A stretch of 64,000 nucleotides of DNA, taken from contig OZ219747.1 of NCBI GenBank assembly GCA_964291265.2, positions 1,664,001 through 1,728,000 of the forward strand, read 5' to 3'. Below the pieces are notes generated by a model. The model had not been told where the DNA came from. It saw only the letters and a list, made by a program, of their open reading frames with translations, and searched no databases. The translations under genes were made by a program, and so were the position numbers. The DNA is from Alphaproteobacteria bacterium. Its GTDB lineage: Bacteria > Pseudomonadota > Alphaproteobacteria > SP197. How positions within the stretch are numbered: the stretch's first letter is position 1; each line of letters begins with the position of its first letter. Of the stretch, positions 1-11,039 are shown piece after piece.

Positions 1-72
1 CGAGACAGCCGCAACGCGCCGCTGCAGACGGCGGGCATGGCTGTTCCTCGCCGTTGCCGTGGTGTCCGGGGT

Positions 73-1158
73 TCAGGCGTCAAGGACGATGACGTTGCGC
101 AGTGCTTCGCCGCGGTTGACCGCGGCGACAGCCTCGTTGATGTCGTCGAGGGGATAGGTGCTGGTGATGAGCTCATCGAGCTTGAGCCGGCCATCGCGAT
201 AGAGGTCGATCAGCCGCGGCACATCCACCCGGAGCCTGGTCGAGCCCATCTTCGAGCCGAGGATACGCTGGCTGGAGCCGGCAATGGCCTGGGTCTCGAA
301 GGAGGACATTTCACCAACCGCCGGCATGCCGACGATGACCGCCGTTCCTCCCGGACGGATCATGTCCATGGCCTCTTCCATGACCCTGGCATTGCCGACG
401 GTGACGAAGACGTAATCGGCCCCGCGGCCATCGGTCAGGCGCCGCACAGCATCGCCGACATGACCCTCGGCGCCATTCACCGTTGCCGTGGCGCCGAAGG
501 TGAGGGCCGATTCGAGCTTCTCGTCGAGGACATCCACGGCGATGACCTGGCGGGCGCCGCAGATGGCCGCCCCCTGGATACTGTTGAGACCGACCCCCCC
601 GGCGCCGACGATGACAACGCTGCAGCCGGCGGGTATCCGCGCCGTTCGGGCAACGGCGCCAAAGCCGGTGATGACACCGCAGGCGAGGAGGGAGGTACTC
701 GCTGGAGGCATGGACCGGGGCACCGTCACCACCTGTGAATGATGCACCACCACCTCTTCGGCAAAGGCGCCCGTACGCAGGCCCTGCAGGACCGGTGTGC
801 CGTCCCTTCTCCTGAGACGTCCCTCGCGGTCCACGGGAAACACGGACTCGCAGACGTAGGGCATGCCCTGATCGCAGCAGGGACAGCTGCCGCAGGAACG
901 AAGCAGGGTGACGATGACATGATCGCCCACGCCGGGATACTCGACCCCCGGTCCCGCCTCGCTCACCACACCGGCGCCCTCGTGGCCGTAAACGGCCGGC
1001 AACGCGCCGCCCCAGGCCCCGTCCATATAGTGGATGTCACTGTGACAGATGGCGCAGGCGGTGATTTTCACGCGAAGCTCGCCGGCCTGAGGCGGGTCAA
1101 GAACGAGGTCCTCGATGACAAGGGGCTCGCCGAAGGCGCGGCACACGGCGGCCTTCAC
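73..1158 (-). CDS. Zn-dependent alcohol dehydrogenase (MDR family, class III-like)
   Basis: CHSD and GHEGAG catalytic Zn motifs, CGSCPCC..C structural Zn, GAGGVG Rossmann motif. Confidence 0.92.
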   Translation of the reverse strand: MKAAVCRAFGEPLVIEDLVLDPPQAGELRVKITACAICHSDIHYMDGAWGGALPAVYGHEGAGVVSEAGPGVEYPGVGDHVIVTLLRSCGSCPCCDQGMPYVCESVFPVDREGRLRRRDGTPVLQGLRTGAFAEEVVVHHSQVVTVPRSMPPASTSLLACGVITGFGAVARTARIPAGCSVVIVGAGGVGLNSIQGAAICGARQVIAVDVLDEKLESALTFGATATVNGAEGHVGDAVRRLTDGRGADYVFVTVGNARVMEEAMDMIRPGGTAVIVGMPAVGEMSSFETQAIAGSSQRILGSKMGSTRLRVDVPRLIDLYRDGRLKLDELITSTYPLDDINEAVAAVNRGEALRNVIVLDA

Positions 1159-1184
1159 GGCGCGGCCTCCTCAGACGACGACCG

Positions 1185-2276
1185 TCACCCTCCGGCACGG
1201 ACCTCCTGATAGAGGTTCTCGTACTTGCTCTCGAACTCGGGCTCGAGGGCAGGGAAGAAGACCGTGTTGGCGATCAGCGACTCCGGATCGGAAAAGCCGA
1301 GCTGGTCGAGACGCTCCCGGGGCACGAGGTCGTAGGCAGCAAGGTTGGCGCTGCCGTACCCGTAGTTGTCAATCAGCCAGGCGCCTGATTCGGGAGAGAT
1401 CCAGGCGTCGATGTAGGTGTAGACGGCCTCGAGGTCCGTCGCGTCCTTGTGGATGATGAAGCCCGAACCCCAGGCGAAGATCCCCTCCTTGGGCACCATG
1501 TAGCCGACGGGAATGTTCTCGTTCTGCAGGTTCACGAAAGACTGGTTCCACGAATAGGCGGCGACGATCTCGCCGGCGGCGATGGCCTGCTCCATCAGCG
1601 TGACGTCTGACCAGTAGAAGCGTGTCAGGTCGCGCTGTTTCGCCATCAGTTCCTGAACCTCGGCGAGCTGGTCGTCCGACAGTGTCCACAGGTTCTCGTA
1701 TCCCAGCACGAGAGCGGAGACCGCAACGGTGGCGGGCGCCGTGTCGTACCAGGCGAGGCGGTTCCTGTAGCGCTCGTCGTAGAGAATCCGCCAGGAGTTC
1801 TCTTCGAGATACTCCTCGTCAACCAGGTCGGTGCGATAGACCAGCGACGAGTTGCCGAACTCGGCTGGCACGAACCAGCGGGTGCCATCGATGATGGCCC
1901 CGTCGATCTCGGCAATGCCGGGAGCGATGGTCGACCAGTTGGAGAGCCGGCTGGTGTCGATCGGCTGGATCAGTCCGGCATCGTAGTACCGCTGGATCAT
2001 GTAGTTTCCAGGATGGATGAAGTCGGGGGCGAAGCCGCCGCGGATCTTCTCGAAGGACTCGTCGTCCGATGCGATGTAGCTGAACTCGGGCGGCCCGCCG
2101 TACTTCTCGATGTAGCCACCCATCAGCTCGGGGAGATCATAACCGGCCCATGTGTGACCGGAGATCTCTCCGGCGGCACGGGCACTGCGCGACAGGATCG
2201 GCCAGCTCACGATGCCCACGCCGACCGCGGCCATGGCCCTTGCCAGTTCGCGCCTGTTCATGGTTACGTCCTTCAT
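1185..2276 (-). CDS. Polyamine-type (PotD/PotF-like) ABC substrate-binding protein with twin-arginine signal
   Basis: MNRRELARAM..SARA Tat-like leader, TWAGY start of mature domain, PKEG motif; true start uncertain (2262-2280), the longer ORF runs into the tRNA. Confidence 0.82.
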   Translation of the reverse strand: MKDVTMNRRELARAMAAVGVGIVSWPILSRSARAAGEISGHTWAGYDLPELMGGYIEKYGGPPEFSYIASDDESFEKIRGGFAPDFIHPGNYMIQRYYDAGLIQPIDTSRLSNWSTIAPGIAEIDGAIIDGTRWFVPAEFGNSSLVYRTDLVDEEYLEENSWRILYDERYRNRLAWYDTAPATVAVSALVLGYENLWTLSDDQLAEVQELMAKQRDLTRFYWSDVTLMEQAIAAGEIVAAYSWNQSFVNLQNENIPVGYMVPKEGIFAWGSGFIIHKDATDLEAVYTYIDAWISPESGAWLIDNYGYGSANLAAYDLVPRERLDQLGFSDPESLIANTVFFPALEPEFESKYENLYQEVRAGG

Positions 2277-2347
2277 GATCATCCTCCTTGAGAGTCCGGC
2301 TCGCAGGACTTCCCGCGATGGGTTCCTGAACATGGCCGTTGCAAATC

Positions 2348-2422
2348 TGGAGCGGGCGATGGGATTCGAACCCACGACCCCAACCTTGGCAAGGTTGTGC
2401 TCTACCCCTGAGCTACGCCCGC
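2348..2422 (-). tRNA. tRNA-Gly (GCC)
   Basis: Reverse complement GCGGGCGTAGCTCAGGGGTAGAGCACAACCTTGCCAAGGTTGGGGTCGTGGGTTCGAATCCCATCGCCCGCTCCA: cloverleaf, GCC anticodon, T-loop GTTCGAA, encoded CCA. Confidence 0.97.
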
Positions 2423-2533
2423 CCGCTCACACTCCGTCTCTACACCAGGCTTGCCGGCGATCGCAAGCACATTGCGCAGGGTGGGCCGTGGAGCGAAGAT
2501 GGGACGCGAGGCAGGATCCGGAGAGTGCCGTTC

Positions 2534-3385
2534 ATGAGCGCTGCGAGGTCGAGACGCAGTTTCATCTTCATGCCTGGCCTCAAGCCCGGGATGTTCCCCA
2601 AGGCGGTCTCGTCGGGTGCCGATATCGTCTGCATCGATCTCGAGGATGCGATCCACCCGCGCGACAAGGCGCGTGCGCGGGAACGCACCTTCGAGCTCTT
2701 CGCGTCGCGCCCCGATGCCGGCGCAGCCGAAGTGGTCCTGCGGATCAACTCCCTGACCTCGGACGAGGGCCTCATGGATCTCGCCGCCGTGATCGACGCC
2801 GGCCGGTGCGGTCCTCCCTCACTGATGCTCCCCAAGGTGGCCAACCGGGAGCAGGTTGCCCTCGTCGCCGACCATCTCGATGCGGCCGGACTCGATACCA
2901 CGCTGCACGTCATCATCGAATCCGCCGCAGGCCTGGAAAACGCCGCTGCCATCGCGCGGTCGGGTTCGCGGCTGCAGTCGCTCTTCTTCGGCGCCGTCGA
3001 CTATTCCTCCGACATCGGAGCCAGCAACACCTGGGAGGCGATGCTCTTCGCGCGTTCCAGGGTCGTCCAGGCGGCGGCCCTGGCCGGTCTTGACGCCATC
3101 GACGTCCCCTGGCTCGACCTTGACGATGAGGCCGGCATGAAGGCCGAAGCCGAGGCGAGCCGGGCAACCGGCTTCGTCGGCAAGGGCGCCATTCACCCAC
3201 GCCAGATCCCCGTCATCCACGAGGTGTTCAGTCCGTCTCCCGGCGACATCGAGGAGGCGCGACGCATCGTGGAAGCCTTTGACGAGGCCGCTACGGGTCT
3301 TGTGGTGATCGACGGCAAGCTCATCGAACGCCCCGTCCTGCGGGCCATGGAGCGCATTCTCGAACAGGCCCGGCGCATGGGCTGA
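2534..3385 (+). CDS. HpcH/HpaI aldolase / CitE-like CoA-ester lyase
   Basis: RRSFIFMPG, ADIVCIDLEDAI, LPKV, IES..GL, GF.GKGAIHP.QI, DGKLIE motifs; start taken at ATG 2534. Confidence 0.9.
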   Translation: MSAARSRRSFIFMPGLKPGMFPKAVSSGADIVCIDLEDAIHPRDKARARERTFELFASRPDAGAAEVVLRINSLTSDEGLMDLAAVIDAGRCGPPSLMLPKVANREQVALVADHLDAAGLDTTLHVIIESAAGLENAAAIARSGSRLQSLFFGAVDYSSDIGASNTWEAMLFARSRVVQAAALAGLDAIDVPWLDLDDEAGMKAEAEASRATGFVGKGAIHPRQIPVIHEVFSPSPGDIEEARRIVEAFDEAATGLVVIDGKLIERPVLRAMERILEQARRMG

Positions 3386-3437
3386 CTTCGGTCCGGGCGG
3401 GCGGCATGATGAAGCGAACTGATCACGGAGTGACTCC

Positions 3438-4067
3438 ATGGCCTCAGAGATTGTGTTTTACACGCACCCCACGTCGCGCGGACGTATCGTGCGCTGGATG
3501 CTGGAGGAAATCGGTGTCGACTACACGACCGAAATCGTCGAATACGGCCAGCCGATGAAGTCCTCCGACTACCTGGCGATCAATCCCATGGGCAAGGTTC
3601 CGGCACTCAGGCACGGTGACGCGGTCGTCACGGAGGCAGCGGCCATCTGCGCCCACCTCGGCGATGCTTTCCCCGAGGCCGGTCTGGCACCCGCTGCGGG
3701 TGCCCGCGGCGCCTACTACCGGTGGCTCTTCTTCGGCGCCGGACCGCTTGAAGCCTCCACCACGAACCGGCACTTCGGATTCACGGTGCCAGACGACGGT
3801 GTCGGCATGATCGGCTACGGAACCTGGGAGCATGTCATGGATGTTCTCGACGAGGCTCTCGCCGGGGGCGGTTACATCGCCGGCGAGGATTTCTCGGCGG
3901 CGGACATCTACATCGGCTGTCAGGTCGGCTGGGGCATGCACTACGGAACCGTGGACAAGCGCCCGGCCTTCGAGGATTACTGGGCCAGACTGAGCGCCCG
4001 GGAGGCCTGCCGCCGCGCCACGGCCATGGATGACGAGCTGATGGCCGACGCCAAGTCGCCATTCTAG
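3438..4067 (+). CDS. Glutathione S-transferase family protein
   Basis: [39 protein letters not shown]. Confidence 0.92.
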   Translation: MASEIVFYTHPTSRGRIVRWMLEEIGVDYTTEIVEYGQPMKSSDYLAINPMGKVPALRHGDAVVTEAAAICAHLGDAFPEAGLAPAAGARGAYYRWLFFGAGPLEASTTNRHFGFTVPDDGVGMIGYGTWEHVMDVLDEALAGGGYIAGEDFSAADIYIGCQVGWGMHYGTVDKRPAFEDYWARLSAREACRRATAMDDELMADAKSPF

Positions 4068-4075
4068 AATCGGCG

Positions 4076-5182
4076 ATGATCATCACCCGCCTGGAGACGT
4101 TCTCCGATCGCTGGGTCGGCTTCGTGAAGGTGACGACCGATACCGGCGACGAGGGCTGGGGTCAGATGTCGACCTACAACGCCGACATCACGACCGCGGT
4201 CTTCCACCGCCAGGTGGCGCCCCACGCCCTCGGGCACGACGCCCGGGACTTTGGCCCGCTCATCGATCTGATACCCCTGCGCGAGCACAAGTTCCCGGGA
4301 TCCTATCTCAGGCGCGCCTTGGCCGGTCTCGATACCGCACTGTGGGACCTCGCCGGAAAGCTCGAGGCGAAGCCGGTCACCGGCCTGATCGGCGGCGTTC
4401 CTGGCCCGTTGCGTGCCTATGCAAGCTCGATGAAACGGCGGATTTCGCCCCATGACGAGGCGGAGCGGCTGTGCCGTCTGCGTGACGAGAAGGGGTTCGA
4501 TGCCTTCAAGTTCCGGGTTGGCGCCGAATGCGGCTGCGATGTGGACGAGTGGCCCGGTCGCACGGAGGAGATCGTGCCCGTCGTGTCGCGGGCCCTCGGC
4601 GACGGCGTGGCGCGCCTGGTCGATGCCAACTCCGGATTTTCCCCGGCGCGGGCCATCGAGGTCGGGACCATGCTGGAGGGGGAAGGAGTCTCCCACTTCG
4701 AGGAGCCGTGCCCCTACTGGGAGATCGACGAAACGCGCGAGGTGACGAGGGCGCTCGCGGTCGACGTCACGGGCGGGGAACAGGATTGCGACCTGGCCCA
4801 GTGGCGGCGCATCATCGACACCCGTGCCGTCGACATCGTGCAGCCCGACATCATGTACATGGGCGGGCTGACGCGTGCCCTCGAGGTGGCACGCATGGCG
4901 GCGGCGGCAGGGCTGCCCTGCACGCCGCACTGCGCCAACCTGACCCTCGTGACCATCTGCACCATGCATCTCCTTCCCGCCCTCACCAACGCCGGGAAGT
5001 ACCTGGAGTTCTCCATCGAGGGCGCCGACTACTATCCCTGGCAGCAGGGCCTCTTTGTCGGCGATCCCTTCCGGATCGAGGACGGCAAGGTGAGCGTGCC
5101 GGACGCTCCGGGCTGGGGCGTGGACATTCACCCGGACTGGCTGGCGCGGGCCGGCTACCTGGAGAGTTCCCTGGAATCCTGA
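4076..5182 (+). CDS. Mandelate racemase/muconate lactonizing enzyme family
   Basis: [36 protein letters not shown] motifs. Confidence 0.92.
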   Translation: MIITRLETFSDRWVGFVKVTTDTGDEGWGQMSTYNADITTAVFHRQVAPHALGHDARDFGPLIDLIPLREHKFPGSYLRRALAGLDTALWDLAGKLEAKPVTGLIGGVPGPLRAYASSMKRRISPHDEAERLCRLRDEKGFDAFKFRVGAECGCDVDEWPGRTEEIVPVVSRALGDGVARLVDANSGFSPARAIEVGTMLEGEGVSHFEEPCPYWEIDETREVTRALAVDVTGGEQDCDLAQWRRIIDTRAVDIVQPDIMYMGGLTRALEVARMAAAAGLPCTPHCANLTLVTICTMHLLPALTNAGKYLEFSIEGADYYPWQQGLFVGDPFRIEDGKVSVPDAPGWGVDIHPDWLARAGYLESSLES

Positions 5183-5195
5183 TCCGCGAGGGTCG

Positions 5196-6185
5196 TCAGG
5201 CTTGCGTCGGCAACTCGTCGACGAAGCGGTCGAAACTGGCGATGAAGGCCGCGAGATCCTCTCCGGCATGGCGCGGGATCATGTCTTCCGGCGCACCCCG
5301 CACTTCCAGACCGGGCCAGGGTGCGACGACGGCATCCTCGTCGGGAACGGCGAAGAAGCCGATGGAATAGCGCTCGCGGTCGCGCGGCGGGTGGATGCGG
5401 TGCATGGTCGAGGCAAAGCGCCCGCCCGACCAGACTTCCAGCTCGTTGCCGATGTTGACGACCAGGCAGTCCTGCTGGTGCGGTATGTCGAGCCACCTGC
5501 CGTCCGGGCTCTCGACCTGCAGTCCGCCGACCTCTCCCGGCAGGAGGATCGTGAGCACGTTCGTGTCCCGGTGGGGCAGGACGTCGTCGGGCGGCAGTTC
5601 CATGGCCTCGGGACGCGCCGGATAGTGGAGCAGGGAAATGTTGGTGAGATGCCGGCGAAAGGACCGGGTGAAGGCGTCCTCGTCCAGGTCGAGCGCCATG
5701 GCAAAGGCCTCGAGCAGGCGATGCGTCACGGTCGTTGCGTGATCGAAGTAGGTGGTGATGGCGTCACGGAAGTCGTCCGGGGTGTCGGGCCAGAGATTGG
5801 CCGCGTAGAGATGGGGTCGGGTTCCCTTCACGGGGTCGTTCACCACCTTCTCGTCACCGGCGAAGAAGGCTTCGTAGCGCGGCCTTGGAACACGCGGGTC
5901 ACGCTGTTCGGCAAACGGCATGACGGGGCTGTATCCACGGTAGATTCCGGACGGACGCACGCACTTCAGCTTGGTCGCCGTGTCCTGGGCAAAGAAGCGC
6001 CGGGTGGCGTCGACGGCGCCCTCCATGACAGGGCGCGGGATGCCGTGGCCACTGACCGAAAGGAACCCGAGGGTCTCGCAGCGCCGGCCGATCTCGTGCG
6101 CCAGCCGGCGCCGTGCCGCGGCGCCGTCCGACCACAGGGCCGACATGTCGATGGCGGGCAGGACCATATCGTTCATGGAGAGCAC
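5196..6185 (-). CDS. 2-oxoglutarate/Fe(II) dioxygenase, isopenicillin N synthase-like
   Basis: LP.IDMS, GFL.V.GHGI, HRD iron motif, GGLQV, VVNIG, STMHRI, RYS. Confidence 0.9.
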   Translation of the reverse strand: MLSMNDMVLPAIDMSALWSDGAAARRRLAHEIGRRCETLGFLSVSGHGIPRPVMEGAVDATRRFFAQDTATKLKCVRPSGIYRGYSPVMPFAEQRDPRVPRPRYEAFFAGDEKVVNDPVKGTRPHLYAANLWPDTPDDFRDAITTYFDHATTVTHRLLEAFAMALDLDEDAFTRSFRRHLTNISLLHYPARPEAMELPPDDVLPHRDTNVLTILLPGEVGGLQVESPDGRWLDIPHQQDCLVVNIGNELEVWSGGRFASTMHRIHPPRDRERYSIGFFAVPDEDAVVAPWPGLEVRGAPEDMIPRHAGEDLAAFIASFDRFVDELPTQA

Positions 6186-6256
6186 CGGGGCATGTTCGCC
6201 AGCGAGTATAGCCGCCGCTCGGAGGTCTTCAATGTCGGCGGCCTGCCGGCCGCGCC

Positions 6257-7380
6257 ATGACCTCCGGCATGGGAACGTGGATCAGGTCGCCGCTGGCCAT
6301 TCTCGTCGACGACTGCGAGACCGGTGTCGTCTTCGAGGGTGGGAGGATCGTCGCGTGCCTGGCACGGGGCTCGACCCCTTCGCGTCGATGCGACGGTGTC
6401 GTCGATGCCTTCCGCCGCGTGGCCATGGCGGGGCCGGACAAAGCCCATCACTCCTGCAATCAGACGCTGATGCTCGCCCGTGCCCTCGATCGCGGCCCTC
6501 AGGCGCGCTGATGACTTCTGACGCGGGAATCGACGAACCTCGCCGAAGAGGAAGTGGGCTTGCCGCAACGGAGCATCGTCGAGGACCGTGACGCCATTCT
6601 CGCCGACAGCGAACGGATGATCGACACTCTCCACAACAGATCCGAGGGGGGCTTCGCGCAGATCGCCCTGACACCCTCCTCCCCCTTCTCGGTCACCCCC
6701 GGCCGAAGAGAAGGGGGCTCGGCTCCACACCCACCTCGGTCAAACCCTGGTCGAGAACCGGTTCCGCGAAGAGATGGTCGGGCGCCGCCCGTTCGACCAT
6801 GTCGAAGACCTTGGCTGGCTCACCGCACGGCGTGGTTCGCCCACGGCATCCACTTCACCGACGACGAGATCTCCAGGGTGGGCGGGATCGACCACGGCAT
6901 GGCTTGCTGTCCGGAACTCGACATGATCCTGTGATCGGAGCCGAGCCGCGCGCCCGAACGCGAGGAGGCCGGATCTCCCGTGGGCATCGGCGTCGTCGGT
7001 TCCGCGTACGAGGACGCGTCGCACATGATCCAGGCGGTGCGTATGCGCTGCAGGCCGAACGCCTGCGCCATGGAGTCCTGAGGTGAGCCACCGGGATGTG
7101 CTGCGCTGGCCCACGCAGGGTTACTCTGCATGCCCGGGGCGCGACGACATCGACCGGATCGAAGCGGCACACCAGGCCGGCCCGGCGCCCTTCACGCTTG
7201 ATGAGCCACGGTTCTCCGGTCCCACGATCCGCTGGCCGTCGTGGTGCTGTGCCGCGCTCGACGGCCGATCGGGTCATGGCGGCCAGCCGGCGGCTCAGTC
7301 ATCGACGGCGACATCGTCGATCCCGAACACCTGATGACTCGGCTTGTTCACTCCTGGCCAAGGCCGACCCTTGTGGTCAT
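6257..7380 (+). pseudogene. Eroded 8-oxoguanine deaminase-like amidohydrolase
   Basis: Fragments in several frames (TWIRSPLAIL, GLPQRSIVEDRDAILADSERMI, IALTPSSPFSVT, WFAHGIHF, DVLRWPTQG) with many stops, frameshifts and deletions; limits approximate. Confidence 0.72.
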
Positions 7381-7381
7381 C

Positions 7382-8254
7382 TCACGTGCTCTTGGCGGTC
7401 GTGCCTCCGGTCCACCGGCGGTTCCCCTCCGCCACGCCGGAAAAGTAGGCCCCGGCGCGCTCCCCGGTCACCTCATGCCACAGGGCGATTGCCTCCGGTG
7501 CGGCGTCCTTGCGGGGCCTTGGGATCGGCATGTAGTGGCCGAAGGCGTCCTCCCCGCAGACGAGCTGTGCATGGTCGCGTTCAAGGACCACCGACCGCAT
7601 CGCCGGCGTGGCAAAACGCACCACCAGTCCGACGCGTCGGTGCGGGGACCGATTGGGCTCGGATGCATGCATGGTGAGACCGTGGTGAACGGACATTTCA
7701 CCGGCCTTGAGTGCACCGAGTCTCGCCTCGCTCTCGTCCACATCCCACCTCGCGTTCTGACCCCGGGTCAAGAGATTGTCGGTCTCGAAGGTGTCCTCGT
7801 GGTCGACGAGGCCAGCGCGGTGTGATCCGGGAAGGAAGCGCATGCATCCCATGGCGCCGGTGGCGTCCGTGAGGGCGATCCACGCGGTGACGGCGTCGTG
7901 GGAATCGACGCCCCAGTAGCGAAGATCCTGGTGCCAGCTGACGTATCCCGGCGAGTGGGCCTCCTTGATGAAGACATCGCTGTCCCAGACGATGAGATCG
8001 TCGCCGAGGAGTTGACGCACCACCTCGAGAACGCGCGGGTGACGCACCATGTCGTCGACCGCGCGCATGACGATGTGGCTCCCCGTGCGGAACATCTCGG
8101 CCACCGGCAGGTTGTCGGCATGGTTTCGCGCAAACGCGTCGACCCTCTCAAGGACAGCGGCAGCCGCATCCGCCTCGAGAACCCTTGCACCGGTGATGAA
8201 GCCGTCGCGCCGGAAGGCGTCGGCAGTCGCCGAACTCCCCATGTCATCCATCAC
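7382..8254 (-). CDS. Phytanoyl-CoA dioxygenase (PhyH) family
   Basis: F.RDGF, WHQD..YW, VTAWIALTDA, GCMRFLPGSH, H.S.PN.S...R. Confidence 0.9.
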   Translation of the reverse strand: MMDDMGSSATADAFRRDGFITGARVLEADAAAAVLERVDAFARNHADNLPVAEMFRTGSHIVMRAVDDMVRHPRVLEVVRQLLGDDLIVWDSDVFIKEAHSPGYVSWHQDLRYWGVDSHDAVTAWIALTDATGAMGCMRFLPGSHRAGLVDHEDTFETDNLLTRGQNARWDVDESEARLGALKAGEMSVHHGLTMHASEPNRSPHRRVGLVVRFATPAMRSVVLERDHAQLVCGEDAFGHYMPIPRPRKDAAPEAIALWHEVTGERAGAYFSGVAEGNRRWTGGTTAKST

Positions 8255-8257
8255 GCG

Positions 8258-9802
8258 TCATGGCCGGCGTTTCAGCTCGTACCAGAACACGATTGCCGAG
8301 TAGGGCGGCACCGGTACGAGGCCCGCGATATCGCTGCCATGGGCGATGACGAGCGGTGCATCCATGGCGAAGATCGACACCGCTTCTTCGTGCAGGATGC
8401 GCTGTGCCTCCACCCAGGTCGCGCCGGCGGCGGCAGTGTCCGTGGCCTCCTGTCCCCAGGCCTCGAACACGAGGTTGTCGAATGCAGGGTTGTTGTAGCC
8501 AATGGCCGGGAACCAGCCGTAGGGCGAACTGGTGAAGATGATGAGCCAGGCGTAGGGCGATGGCACGTCACCGGAAGCGGCAACAACGAAAACGTCGTAG
8601 TCCTCGTTGTCGGGATTGAAGGCGCTGTCCCAGAAGGCGCCACCGGAAAGTTGGCGAATGTTGAGCGTCACCCCGACTTCGGCCAGGGCCGACTGCCACA
8701 GGCGTACGGCTTCCGCGACTTCCTTGGAACCGGCCGAGACTGCGAGATCCAGCTCGAATCCGTCACCGAAACCGGCTTCGGCGAGCACTGCGCGCGCGAC
8801 ATCGAGATCCTGCTTCCAGGACGGGAAGTCGACCGGAGGTGTCCACAGCGCGGTCGGCCCGGAGCCGGCGCTTACTCGGCCGTGACCGAGAAACACCCCC
8901 TTGTGGACATCGTCATAAGGAAAGGTCATCGCCAGAGCCCGGCGTACCGCCCGGTCGTCAAGCGGCGGATTGCTGTGATCGAAGGCGAAGATGAGCTGCG
9001 CCAGTGGCAGATAGGGCAGGACCACGAGGTCGTCCACGTTCTCGAGGCTGGCTATCGAATCGAACGGTAGGTGGGTTGTCAGATCGACCTCGCCGGAACG
9101 AATGAGCTGGTCGCGCACGGTGGGGTCCTCGACGATGAGGTAGACGATCTTGGTGAACTGACCCTCTTCCCAACCTCCCCAGTAGTCGGGATGGCGATCG
9201 AGCACGGCGCGATTTCCGGGTTCGAAGCTGGCAACGACATAGGGGCCGGTTCCGGCGTCGTTTCCTTCAGCCCACCATTCGGGCGGCTGGTCCACGGCCT
9301 CGGCCTTGTAGACGAACATGCCGTACTGCGCCGACACGATGAGCGGCACGTTGCGCGGTTCGCTGGCGACGAAACGCACGGTCATGTCGTCAATCACCTC
9401 GATCGATTCGATGCCGATGAAGTCGTAGGCGACCATGCCGACCGCGATGTTGCGATCGAGCGATGCCTTCACGTCAGTCGCCGTAAAGGGTGATCCGTCG
9501 TGGAACGTGACACCCTCGCGCAGTGTGAACGTCCACTCGGTACCCTCGGCATTGGAGTCCCAGGACGTGGCCAGCACGCCGACGATGCCCTGATCCGCGG
9601 TCCAGCGGGTGAGTGTCTCGTACACGTTGAAGCCTAGCGTCGTATCCCAGCTCAGCATGTAGGGAGGATCGAGCGATGGCAGTTCGGCGGGAATGGCCTG
9701 GAAGGCGATGTTCTCGGTGATGTCTGCAGCCTGAAGTGGTCCCATGCCGACAATCAGTGCGGTGATGGCGGCGATGGCCGGCCCGCGGACATACCTGTTC
9801 AT
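8258..9802 (-). CDS. Peptide/nickel-type ABC substrate-binding protein (family 5)
   Basis: Signal peptide from ATG 9802; SLDP, VYETL, LATSW, FTLREGVTFHDGSPFTA.DV, GTGPY. Confidence 0.92.
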   Translation of the reverse strand: MNRYVRGPAIAAITALIVGMGPLQAADITENIAFQAIPAELPSLDPPYMLSWDTTLGFNVYETLTRWTADQGIVGVLATSWDSNAEGTEWTFTLREGVTFHDGSPFTATDVKASLDRNIAVGMVAYDFIGIESIEVIDDMTVRFVASEPRNVPLIVSAQYGMFVYKAEAVDQPPEWWAEGNDAGTGPYVVASFEPGNRAVLDRHPDYWGGWEEGQFTKIVYLIVEDPTVRDQLIRSGEVDLTTHLPFDSIASLENVDDLVVLPYLPLAQLIFAFDHSNPPLDDRAVRRALAMTFPYDDVHKGVFLGHGRVSAGSGPTALWTPPVDFPSWKQDLDVARAVLAEAGFGDGFELDLAVSAGSKEVAEAVRLWQSALAEVGVTLNIRQLSGGAFWDSAFNPDNEDYDVFVVAASGDVPSPYAWLIIFTSSPYGWFPAIGYNNPAFDNLVFEAWGQEATDTAAAGATWVEAQRILHEEAVSIFAMDAPLVIAHGSDIAGLVPVPPYSAIVFWYELKRRP

Positions 9803-10001
9803 GATCCTGATCCTCCCCGTTGCATCGACGGATGTTGTCAGGCGAAGTGTGCATCGTGTCGATGATGGCCTCAACTGCTTCTGCCGACAGGCGACCTCGC
9901 GGCTCGCCTGCCGCGGAAAATCGGTGGCCAAAGACAGCCCGCGATCGCACAATCGTCGACGTCATGCTGGCTGTTTGCGCGTTCATCAAGAAGGTGTGGC
10001 C

Positions 10002-11039
10002 ATGAGCGGTGTCCGCTACTTCCTGCGGCGTCTGGTTCTGGCTCTCCTGGTGCTGCTCGGGGCGCTGACGGTGACATTCGCCGTTTCCCATGTCATTCCC
10101 GGCGATCCCGCGCGCCTTTATCTGGGAGCCCGAGCCAGCGATGAGGCCATTGCCGCAGTGCGCGCCGACCTTGGCCTCGACGATCCCCTGCACGTGCAGT
10201 TCGTGCGCTTCGTTTCCAACGCGATCCAGGGAGAATTCGGCTACTCCTATCGCACCAAGCGGCCGATCATCGAGGATTTGGCCGAACGCCTGCCCGCCAC
10301 CATGGAACTTGTGCTGCTCGCCACGTTCCTGGCGATCGCTGTCGGTGTTCCGGCCGGCGTCCTTGCGGCTGCGCGCTTCGCCACCGGTTTCGACCGCGTG
10401 ATGCGGGTGGTGTCCATTCTCGGGGTTTCCATGCCCGCCTTCTGGCTCGCCCTGTTGTTGCAACTCCTCTTCTTCCTGTGGCTCGACCTGCTGCCTCTCG
10501 GCGGGCGACTCAGTCAGGCCACCGGCTTCCTGCATCCGGTGACGACTCTGACCGGTTTCCATCTCGTCGATGCCGCACTCACCGGGAACTGGGTGGCGTG
10601 GAAGGACGCGCTGGCTCACGCGATCCTGCCGGTGGTGGTGCTGGCGACCTTTCCCGTCAGCCTGGCTCTGCGCATGACCCGGGCGTCGATGCTCGATGTG
10701 CTTGCGGAAACCCACATCGCAGCTGCCCGCGCGGCGGGACTGCACGAGCGCGAGATCCTGTTTCGCCTGGCGTTGAAGAACGCCATAGTGCCCACGTTGA
10801 CTGTTCTGGGACTGGTGTTCGCCTTCTCGATCACCGGTGCTGTCCTCATCGAGAGCATCTTCAAGTGGCCGGGCCTGGGCAGCTACATGCTCGATGCCAT
10901 TCTCAACGATGACATTCCGGTGCTGTTTGCCGTCACCCTGGTGGTGACCGTGATCTACATCGTCATCAATCTCCTCGTGGACCTGCTGCAAGCGGCGCTT
11001 GATCCGCGAATCCGGCTTGGTGAGAGCAGTGTCGGCTGA
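10002..11039 (+). CDS. dppB: Dpp/Opp ABC permease (DppB-like)
   Basis: YFLRRL, PGDPA, RLPATMEL, AARAAGL (EAA region), LDPRIR. Confidence 0.88.
   Translation: MSGVRYFLRRLVLALLVLLGALTVTFAVSHVIPGDPARLYLGARASDEAIAAVRADLGLDDPLHVQFVRFVSNAIQGEFGYSYRTKRPIIEDLAERLPATMELVLLATFLAIAVGVPAGVLAAARFATGFDRVMRVVSILGVSMPAFWLALLLQLLFFLWLDLLPLGGRLSQATGFLHPVTTLTGFHLVDAALTGNWVAWKDALAHAILPVVVLATFPVSLALRMTRASMLDVLAETHIAAARAAGLHEREILFRLALKNAIVPTLTVLGLVFAFSITGAVLIESIFKWPGLGSYMLDAILNDDIPVLFAVTLVVTVIYIVINLLVDLLQAALDPRIRLGESSVG

Noticed and set aside
2348-2422. tRNA-Gly as an integration site
   Set aside because: No adjacent integrase, and I saw no duplicate of its 3' end in the window
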